Counted from the first letter of the stretch, positions 8,768 through 15,406 are shown. The stretch is 32,000 nucleotides of DNA from Acaryochloris thomasi RCC1774 (GCF_003231495.1 NZ_PQWO01000001.1:1-32000); one strand, 5' to 3'. Made by a program: numbers and translations. The notes: generated by a model from the letters alone, not told the origin.

Positions 8768-9796
8768 ATGATCAAAAAGGTATCTATCTGGCCCATTGCC
8801 ATATCTGTGCTGACGCTGACTGCTGTTCAGGAAGCAGGGTTTTCAGCACCCGATCCGTTATCCCCAGCAACCCAAACTGAGCAAGTGTCCATGAAGCAAA
8901 TCATCTCGGCAGAGTTTCCCTTTGAGAAGAAGTTTGTTGAGGTTAATGGCTCAAAAATGGCCTACGTCGATGAAGGCGAAGGCCCGGTAGTGCTTTTCTT
9001 ACACGGCAATCCAACATCGTCTTATCTGTGGCGCAATATTATTCCATATGTTTCGGACAACCATCGTGCGATCGCAATTGATCTGATCGGCATGGGCGAC
9101 AGCGATAAGCCAGATATCGACTACACCTTCAGCGATCATACAGCCTATCTCGATGGCTTCATCAAAGCACTAAATCTCACCGACATCACACTGGTCGTCC
9201 ACGATTGGGGATCTGCCCTGGGAATGCGCTATGCCCGCCTAAACGAAGACAACGTGAGTGGATTGGTCTTTATGGAAGCCGTGATACCGCCCGCCTTCCC
9301 GGCCCCCAACTACGAAGCCTTAGGACCGCAGCTCGGTGAAATATTTCGGAATCTTCGCACACCGGGCGTGGGAGAGCAGTTAGTGCTGGATAATAACTTC
9401 TTTGTCGAAACGATTCTGCCCAAGTTGGGCGTGATGCGAACCCTAACGCCACAGGAAATGGCGGCCTATCGTGCCCCTTATCTCACACGAGCGAGCCGTA
9501 AGCCCACCCTCCAATGGCCTCGTGAAATCCCCATCGGCGGAGAACCTTCTGCAACAACTGCTGAAGTTGCGGCTAATGGGAAATGGTTAATGTCTACAGA
9601 CCTGCCAAAACTATTCTTCTATGCGGAACCGGGTGCCATTCTTCCGGTCCAGGCTGTTGAGTTTCTAAAAACCAACGTGAAAAATATGGAGACGGTTTCC
9701 ATTGGTCCTGGTCTTCATTTCATTCAGGAGGATAATCCTCAGGTGATTGGTGAGGAAATATTCGCTTGGCTCGATCGTTCACAGCGTGCAAAGTAA
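8768..9796 (+). CDS. Haloalkane dehalogenase, HLD-II (DhaA/LinB-like) with N-terminal signal-peptide-like extension
   Basis: FPFEKKFVEVNGSKMAYVDEG, HGNPTSSYLWRN (Asn), VVHDWGSALG (Asp-Trp), VFMEAV (Glu) and GLHFIQEDNP (His) together give the complete HLD-II pentad. The first ~41 aa (MIKKVSIWPIAISVLTLTAVQEAG plus a P/S/T linker) precede the usual start position. An alternative internal ATG lies at 8891. Confidence 0.85.
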   Translation: MIKKVSIWPIAISVLTLTAVQEAGFSAPDPLSPATQTEQVSMKQIISAEFPFEKKFVEVNGSKMAYVDEGEGPVVLFLHGNPTSSYLWRNIIPYVSDNHRAIAIDLIGMGDSDKPDIDYTFSDHTAYLDGFIKALNLTDITLVVHDWGSALGMRYARLNEDNVSGLVFMEAVIPPAFPAPNYEALGPQLGEIFRNLRTPGVGEQLVLDNNFFVETILPKLGVMRTLTPQEMAAYRAPYLTRASRKPTLQWPREIPIGGEPSATTAEVAANGKWLMSTDLPKLFFYAEPGAILPVQAVEFLKTNVKNMETVSIGPGLHFIQEDNPQVIGEEIFAWLDRSQRAK

Positions 9797-9996
9797 TTAA
9801 TTCCCATACTCATTTTTAGGAGGTTTGGCCACTTTTCGTGATTTGTTTGGGAATAATATTGGAGTCGGCATTATCCAACTCTGACTTGATAAAGTCATTG
9901 TCGCGGACTTCTCGGTCCATTGGTTTGGCATCCTCTTTCTGGCAAAGTTGTCCGCCGTTATCCATACGTTTATAGTTATCCGGCTTTTCCAACAAT

Positions 9997-10623
9997 ATGA
10001 TTGAAACCACACTTAGTGTCGTTTACGTACTAACGAATTCCGCGATGCCAGGTTTGGTTAAAATCGGCAAGACATCACAGGACGATCACAATACCCGAGT
10101 ATCACAGCTTTATACAACGGGAGTACCGGTTCCATTCGATATCGAATATGCTTGCCGCGTTCCTAATCCTACCGAGGTTGAGGCTGCATTACACACCGCT
10201 TTTGCACCACAACGGATCAACCCGCGCCGCGAATTCTTTGAGATTGAACCAGATCAAGCAATTGCAATTCTTCGCTTGCTCAACGTCGAGGATGTCACGG
10301 ATGAAGTTAAATCTGACTTGGATGGAATTGGTTCACAGGATCAGAACGCCGCAACGCGATTGCTTGCCCGGAGACCGAGCTTGAACTTCGAAGAAATGGG
10401 CATTCCAATTGGTTCGCAACTGGATTCTGTACCTACCGACGATGTCGCAATCGTTGTTGAGACCAAAAAGATCCGCTTTCGCAATTCTGCATTAACATCG
10501 CTTTCAGCCGCAACCAAGGAAATGCTTGGTCTTGACTATAGTGTGAAACCGACACCGCACTGGTCGTTCAGCGGTAAGAATCTACAGGAAATCTATAACG
10601 AAACCTATGCTGCCCTAGACTAA
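9997..10623 (+). CDS. T5orf172 / GIY-YIG-superfamily domain protein
   Basis: VVYVLTNSAMPGLVKIGKTSQDDHNTRVSQLYTTGVPVPFDIEYACRV.NPTEVEAALHTAF...RINPRREFFEI matches the T5orf172 (MUG113-like) domain. The C-terminal ~110 aa are of unknown function. Confidence 0.75.
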   Translation: MIETTLSVVYVLTNSAMPGLVKIGKTSQDDHNTRVSQLYTTGVPVPFDIEYACRVPNPTEVEAALHTAFAPQRINPRREFFEIEPDQAIAILRLLNVEDVTDEVKSDLDGIGSQDQNAATRLLARRPSLNFEEMGIPIGSQLDSVPTDDVAIVVETKKIRFRNSALTSLSAATKEMLGLDYSVKPTPHWSFSGKNLQEIYNETYAALD

Positions 10624-10627
10624 CTCT

Positions 10628-10773
10628 GCCTCATGAGTTTTTATTCGATGTCTAGCCCGTAATCAGGCCGAAAACAAAGCTACCGAGCGCTAGAAAGAAA
10701 CCAATCCCCCAGGCAGAATTGCGAAATGGTGTGATGCCTGCGGCATGGAAAAAGAAATGTAGCCCCCGTGTGA
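10628..10773 (-). repeat. Direct repeat copy A carrying a frameshifted micro-ORF paralog
   Basis: About 90% identical to 11841-11985 over the core TATTCGATGT.TAGCCCGTAATCA..CCGAAAACAAAGCTACCGAG.GCTAGAAAGAAACC. The minus strand encodes ...WGIGFFLALGSFVFGLITG*. The conserved ATG (10746) is out of frame because of a net 8-nt length difference. Confidence 0.7.
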
Positions 10774-10862
10774 TACGAAATGCGATCGCAACTGATTAAG
10801 TTCAGTATTTTAGATATTTGCTCGCAAGCATCTATTGAGTGGATGAAACGTTAGATCGCCTA

Positions 10863-11327
10863 CTATCGTTTAGCAGGTGATCTAACAACGGCTGTTCCGA
10901 GTGGAAATTCGTCGTTACTGAAATTGGGATAGTTCGCAAAGATGCGGTAGGGTACGGCGAGACCTTTAAGAACTTGCCCTTGAACCCGAGAGTTCAACAT
11001 CACCACTCGGAGCGTCTTGCCGGAAGGGATTGGCTCTGCAAAAGTGAGCGCAAACTCTTCAAAACCAAAGTCCTCTTTAGGTTCAACTTGTACACCATCA
11101 ACGAAGACAGATAAACCATCAAGCTCATGGAAGGTCACGCACTGGACACGGAGACGTTGCAACGGATCTGCCTGCACAGAAACCTCGAAAAAGTGATCTT
11201 GTCCGTTACGAAGCACACCCGCTTCAGAGACTACCGTTGCAGAAGAAGCCCGTGTTTCAACAGGAATTGCACATATACCGCTGACCATTGCAACTGTGAC
11301 CAGGCCATTCATAAATAGCTTCTTCAT
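10863..11327 (-). CDS. Exported hypothetical protein, DUF2808-like
   Basis: 154 aa with signal peptide MKKLFMNGLVTVAMVSGICAIPVETRA. HFFEVSVQADPLQRLRVQ...LTFAEPIPSGKTLRVVML...YRIFANYP resembles the cyanobacteria-restricted DUF2808 pattern, recalled from memory and not searched. Confidence 0.6.
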   Translation of the reverse strand: MKKLFMNGLVTVAMVSGICAIPVETRASSATVVSEAGVLRNGQDHFFEVSVQADPLQRLRVQCVTFHELDGLSVFVDGVQVEPKEDFGFEEFALTFAEPIPSGKTLRVVMLNSRVQGQVLKGLAVPYRIFANYPNFSNDEFPLGTAVVRSPAKR

Positions 11328-11840
11328 TAATACATCCTCAATATATTTTGCATGGCATCTCTAAGATGCTGGGACTTCAAAATTAGAGTGTACTCAGGGA
11401 ACGTTCTAGAAAATCACTTGGGCTTATGCAGAACACCTAATTTAGATATGCCTTCTTCAGCTATCGCTGCATCGTGACTCTTGTCTGAACAACTTGAACC
11501 GCTTTCAAAAAGAGGGGTTGCACGATCGAAGACTGAGAATTTAGTCACTTGATACAGCTCTAGTTTTCTCCCAGTCGTGCTTAATTAGGCATTATTGAAA
11601 GCTAGCTTCACTTTTATGAGCCAAAATGAGCAGAAGATAAATATTGACCTGTATGAGTGTTAAATATGCTGATAAGCGTCACAGTACGGCTGTTTCGACT
11701 TCTGCGTTCTACACTTTCTTACTCACACAGTATTCGCGCTGCTGGCCCAGCAGCCCAAAAGTAGATATGACATCAGCAGCTGACACGAATGGTTATTGAC
11801 ATTCAACAAGCGACCAAGATCCAGCCTTTGTTTCACCAGA

Positions 11841-11985
11841 CCTCCGCATGAATCGCTATTCGATGTTTAGCCCGTAATCAAACCGAAAACAAAGCTACCG
11901 AGAGCTAGAAAGAAACCTATTCCCCAAGCGAAACGGCGAAACGCCTGCGGCATAGAAAAAGAAGCGATTCAGCTTCCCCTTGATC
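11841..11985 (-). repeat. Direct repeat copy B carrying the intact micro-ORF
   Basis: See copy A. It lies 1.2 kb to the right in the same orientation. Confidence 0.7.
11867..11953 (-). CDS. 28-aa hydrophobic micro-protein (MPQAFRRFAWGIGFFLALGSFVFGLITG)
   Basis: ATG-initiated and below the ORF-track cutoff. It has a basic N-terminus and a single Gly/Phe-rich helix. Against copy A, all 6 nucleotide differences in the last 20 codons are silent (GGA/GGG, ATA/ATT, GCT/GCG, GGT/GGC, TTG/CTG, TAA/TAG). No obvious Shine-Dalgarno sequence. Confidence 0.45.
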   Translation of the reverse strand: MPQAFRRFAWGIGFFLALGSFVFGLITG

Positions 11986-12153
11986 TAGATAAGATCAAAT
12001 GAGAGAAAGGATTTGAGAAGGATCTCAGTGTGATTTAAATGGCTGGAAAGAGTGAAAATCTAGATTCCTGAAAGCTTTGCTATGTATAGATCCTAGAACC
12101 ATTTTGTGCCTTTTTACACCTATCTCAACATGGCCTCCTAGTCATCCATTACC

Positions 12154-12190
12154 GCCGCACAGTAAGCTGCAGCGGCAATTTTTTTGTTTG
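12154..12190 (+). terminator. Intrinsic-terminator-like hairpin plus T-tract, plus-strand orientation
   Basis: GCCGC-A-CAG-TAAG-CTG-CA-GCGGC (12154-12176) is followed by AATTTTTTTGTTT. On the minus strand the stem is preceded by an A-run and has no following U-tract. Confidence 0.4.
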
Positions 12191-12196
12191 GAAAAT

Positions 12197-12856
12197 CTAT
12201 AGAGGCCAAGTTGTGACTAAAAACACGCCTAGCGTAGCCAGTGCCAGTAAACCTTGAACAAGATTTCCGATCAAAGAACTAACCACAACGCCTAGCGCAG
12301 CTTTCAGAGCCTGCTTCGGTTTGCGTTGGTGCAGGAGTTCACCCACAAATGCCCCGAGAAAGGGACCAATGATGAGACCGAGAATCGGGCCACCTACGGG
12401 TAAAGCTGGCAATAGACCTAAGACGCCAGCCACTAAACCCACAATGGCTCCAATTTGACCCCAGCGGCTGGCTCCAGCCTTTTTTGCCCCCCAAAAGGTA
12501 GCCAGGAAATCGACGCCGATGCCGAGTAGGAGAACTGCGATCGCAACTCCCAACGCAACCGCCACCGCTCCAAAGCCCTTAATCACGCCCCAAACGATAA
12601 TCGCCACCAAAATCAAACCCACACCGGGCACAGCCGGAACAACGGAACCAATAACTCCGGCAATCATCACCGCCACCAGCAGCCAGTAAATAATAATGGT
12701 GTCGTTCTGTAGCGACGCCACCCAAGCAATGCTCTGGGCTTGGAGGGCCGTCACCCAATGAATAATTTTGGCCTGAAGGGCGACCAGCCAACTCACGAAA
12801 TTTATCCGCAGATCTGTGATCCAGGTTGGCGTTTTGAGGGCAAAGGTTAAGTCCAC
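12197..12856 (-). CDS. DUF456 family membrane protein with N-terminal repeat extension
   Basis: A Gly-rich polytopic core (GSVVPAVPGVGLILVAII..., FWGAKKAGASRWGQIGAIVG, GGPILGLIIGPFLGAFVGELL) is typical of DUF456. The N-terminus carries three 11-residue repeats. Confidence 0.8.
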   Translation of the reverse strand: MDLTFALKTPTWITDLRINFVSWLVALQAKIIHWVTALQAQSIAWVASLQNDTIIIYWLLVAVMIAGVIGSVVPAVPGVGLILVAIIVWGVIKGFGAVAVALGVAIAVLLLGIGVDFLATFWGAKKAGASRWGQIGAIVGLVAGVLGLLPALPVGGPILGLIIGPFLGAFVGELLHQRKPKQALKAALGVVVSSLIGNLVQGLLALATLGVFLVTTWPL

Positions 12857-12861
12857 TGAGG

Positions 12862-13527
12862 TTATCCTGAAATTTCGAGGGTTGAACTGGCTTGGCTGAG
12901 GGTGTAGTCAAGTTTATTTGCGATAGCATCCACCCAAGCTTCATCTTGACGGGTATAGCTACGTGGGGCATTGGCTCCTAAAACTAAAACCCCTTCTGAG
13001 CCGATGGGCTGGCAGATCACACCTTGGGTATTGTCAGGTAAATAGTTAAACTCCACCTTGCCAGGATAGAGCTTCAGCGCCACCAGATACACCGGCTTTT
13101 GCTGCGTTAAAACACGCTCGGCAATAGCACCCGGCTTGACCTCTCGCTCTGGCCCCAAAACACCCCGGCGCAGAATGGTTTTGCCTTGGTAATAGATGGC
13201 TAGCGATCGCGTCACTGTATTTGTGAGCAAAATATGGGAGGCCCAAGCCAACTCAGTTTTGACAGACTCTGGCAGATCGGGATCTAACTCAAATCCAGAC
13301 TCACCTTCGAGTTCAACAGCTTCAGGGGCCGTGGGTTGGAGCTGTCGCCAGAGCAGACCCACCAAGATGAGCACGGCACAGACGATCACGCCAAGGGCAT
13401 CTGAACGAGACTGGGAGCTGAGGAGTTCAGGGGTGAAGACTCGGTTGAGAAAAAAGAGACATTCGCCCAAGGCTCCCACAACAATAGGAAGGCGTCGGAT
13501 AATCTTGTTGGGATCGGATTGGGCCAT
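12862..13527 (-). CDS. Cofactor assembly of complex C subunit B-like protein (CCB2/CCB4, DUF2930)
   Basis: 221 aa. LPIVVGALGECLFFLNRVFTPELLSSQSRSDALGVIVCAVLILVGLLW...ELAWASHILLTNTVTRSL...PGKVEFNYLPDNTQGVICQPIG..GVLVLGANAPRSYT matches my recollection of the conserved cyanobacterial DUF2930 family. It lies 5 nt upstream of the DUF456 gene, so the two are probably co-transcribed. Confidence 0.55.
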   Translation of the reverse strand: MAQSDPNKIIRRLPIVVGALGECLFFLNRVFTPELLSSQSRSDALGVIVCAVLILVGLLWRQLQPTAPEAVELEGESGFELDPDLPESVKTELAWASHILLTNTVTRSLAIYYQGKTILRRGVLGPEREVKPGAIAERVLTQQKPVYLVALKLYPGKVEFNYLPDNTQGVICQPIGSEGVLVLGANAPRSYTRQDEAWVDAIANKLDYTLSQASSTLEISG

Positions 13528-13638
13528 CCGCGATCGGTCCAGAGAGATACGTTGTCTTTATGGTAGTCTGCGGGCTGGACGCAGGGCTTTACCAAGGTCC
13601 ATCACAAAACTTTAGCGGGTGTTAAAGGAGCAGCACAA

Positions 13639-13962
13639 TTGAGGAGAATTCTATTCATATGTAGTGAGAACCGTCTTCGCAGCCCAACAGCAGAAGCTAT
13701 TTTTTCTGAGATGGAGGGAATTGAGGCACTGTCTGCTGGAACGAATAAGGATGCTGAGACTCCGCTAACAGGGGATTTGATTGAGTGGGCCGATGTCATT
13801 TTGGTGATGGAGTCCTCTCATCGACAGAAGGTGGCCAAGAAATATCAACCTCTGCTGAAAGATAAGAAGCTAGCTAGTTTAGCTATTCCGGACCACTACG
13901 AGTTTATGGATCCAGAGCTAGTGCGAGTTTTGAAGGCGAAGGTGCCTAGATACATCGAATGA
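13639..13962 (+). CDS. Low-molecular-weight phosphotyrosine phosphatase-like protein (short, 107 aa)
   Basis: TTG start with an AAGGAG Shine-Dalgarno sequence 9 nt upstream. The P-loop ILFICSENRLRSPTAE is C-X5-R-S. A possible general-acid region is IPDHYEF. Confidence 0.75.
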   Translation: MRRILFICSENRLRSPTAEAIFSEMEGIEALSAGTNKDAETPLTGDLIEWADVILVMESSHRQKVAKKYQPLLKDKKLASLAIPDHYEFMDPELVRVLKAKVPRYIE

Positions 13963-14034
13963 AACATCACTGGCTCTCATGGAGAGAAGCGATGAGAGTA
14001 GATGACCTTAATAAAGTAGTTAGGCTTCGCAAAA

Positions 14035-14385
14035 ATGAACCAAACACTGCTCTACAGAGACCATATAATTGCGACACTTAATGAGCAGGATGCAGACTTC
14101 CCCACATTTTGGGGAACAATCAATCTCTCGGCTATGGATCCAGAAACACCTGTTATTGTCCGCGAATACATTGAGTGGTCAATAACAACTTGGCCAAAGA
14201 TTGAAAGCGATACATACACAGCAGATGATGCAGAGATCGAGGAGCAGAAGTTTGGAAATCTAATTCAATCTTCTGATTGGTGGCTAGAAGGCACGGATAA
14301 AGAAAGAATTCCAATCTTGATCCCTTGTTTTCAGTCGAATAATGAGGCTAATTGGCGTATTGACCCGAGTAGATCTACTACCTGA
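14035..14385 (+). CDS. Hypothetical protein (116 aa, acidic, Trp-rich)
   Basis: Clean ATG ORF with no recognisable motif and no competing ORF. Confidence 0.5.
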   Translation: MNQTLLYRDHIIATLNEQDADFPTFWGTINLSAMDPETPVIVREYIEWSITTWPKIESDTYTADDAEIEEQKFGNLIQSSDWWLEGTDKERIPILIPCFQSNNEANWRIDPSRSTT

Positions 14386-14412
14386 CAAGGGTCTGCAGGA
14401 GACGCTCAAAAC

Positions 14413-14607
14413 CTGTTTGACTGACAGAACTTTCTGGCTTGGCGGTTAAACCCGCAGCTACAAGAACAAAATCCGCCTGCGCGGATTGCCAGAAGTATTG
14501 ATGTCTATAGTCTGCGGAGGCAGACTTCGTTCTTGTCGGCACAAATTCTATTCGCCAGCCTCATCAACGCATCCATCGGGTTTACAGCACTTTTGTCAGT
14601 CAATCAG
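14413..14607. mobile_element. 195-bp MITE-like non-autonomous element with 14-bp TIRs and 10-bp target-site duplication
   Basis: CGCTCAAAAC (14403-14412) then CTGTTTGACTGACA (14413-14426) on the left. TGTCAGTCAATCAG (14594-14607) then CGCTCAAAAC (14608-14617) on the right. The TIRs match at 13/14 positions. Internal nested dyads: ACAAGAAC/GTTCTTGT, AATCCGC-CTGC-GCGGATT and AGTCTGC-GGAG-GCAGACT. Confidence 0.6.
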
Positions 14608-14735
14608 CGCTCAAAACACACTCTTGGTCAACACTTTAAAGTAATTCTCGCGCCCCTGAGAGCAATCCGATAGGCAGAGTCAAATTGGTTCCCCGCAGAA
14701 GCATCGGCTTCTGGATAACCTCGTGAAAAGCACCT

Positions 14736-15359
14736 TTAGCGGAACGCCTTGGGTACAGGCATTCCTGCCTGTACGGCGTAGTTCAGATAACGTCGAGCAC
14801 TTGCTTTATCGCCAGCAGTGAGTGCGGCCTTAATGGCGCGTCGAAAATCGGTATAGGCCGAGGATTTATCCTCAATGCGATTGAGGCGGACAACACCGCG
14901 GCTGAAATAACCTAAGCCTTTGTCAGGATGAACCCTAATCCGCTCGCTATAGAAATGGAGACAGGTTGTATAGTCCCGGACTTTGTCGTGGCAGTAAGCA
15001 TCGCCTAGCCGTGAATACAAAAAAGCGTCTGTAGGCTCTAGCTCAATGGCCGCCTTCAGCATAGGAATCGCCTGATGCGGGAAGGCCTCAAGCTTACTCA
15101 CCCCTGCAACTTTGTAGGTTGTGAATAGAGAGAGCTTTACGAGGCTGGTATAGCGGGGGCGGGGGCTATATCTGATTGCCCTTTTGAAAATTGCGATCGC
15201 ATGATCAAATTGAAACCGCGCCAGTTCTTTCTGACCTAAAAGATAGAGCGTCTCAGGATTGTTGGTGGCGTTCGCCTGCTCAAGGGCTGCGGACTGCGCG
15301 AGAGCCGGTCCTGCAGTGAGCGCTAACGCTGTGATGGCTAGCGCCATTATTTTGGGCAT
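14736..15359 (-). CDS. Exported TPR/Sel1-like repeat protein
   Basis: Signal peptide MPKIMALAITALALTAGPALAQS. This ATG at 15359 is preferred over the track start at 15407. Degenerate TPR-like helices follow (LYLLGQKELARFQFDHAIAIFKRAI..., AIPMLKAAIELEPTDAFLYSRLGDAY). Confidence 0.7.
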   Translation of the reverse strand: MPKIMALAITALALTAGPALAQSAALEQANATNNPETLYLLGQKELARFQFDHAIAIFKRAIRYSPRPRYTSLVKLSLFTTYKVAGVSKLEAFPHQAIPMLKAAIELEPTDAFLYSRLGDAYCHDKVRDYTTCLHFYSERIRVHPDKGLGYFSRGVVRLNRIEDKSSAYTDFRRAIKAALTAGDKASARRYLNYAVQAGMPVPKAFR

Positions 15360-15406
15360 AACTCTATCGAATCCTTTAGCAAAATGTCGCCAACAGCACC
15401 AGGGCA

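Noticed and set aside
9797-10012. Two overlapping minus-strand ORFs (71 aa and 64 aa) between the HLD-II gene and the T5orf172 gene
   Set aside because: I could not decide between the frames. The 64-aa frame shortened to its internal ATG at 9965 (MDNGGQLCQKEDAKPMDREVRDNDFIKSELDNADSNIIPKQITKSGQTS) has coding-like codon usage. However, it is highly hydrophilic and disordered and has no motif or Shine-Dalgarno sequence. The full-length versions would overlap the T5orf172 start. It is left uncalled.
9997-10623. Calling an anti-phage defence system from the T5orf172 domain protein
   Set aside because: It is a single gene with no associated nuclease, ATPase or methylase partners. The domain alone is not diagnostic.
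13196-13615. 139-aa plus-strand ORF antisense to the CCB2/4-like gene (likewise 12579-12971, 13046-13246 and 13386-13595)
   Set aside because: The products are Arg/Ser-rich and low-complexity, as is typical of antisense frames of GC-balanced genes. The sense ORFs have clear family signatures.
14460-14536. A 77-nt multi-hairpin structure of tRNA-like size
   Set aside because: It has no T-loop (GTTCGAATC-type) or D-loop motifs and no acceptor-stem/CCA geometry. It is the interior of the MITE-like element.
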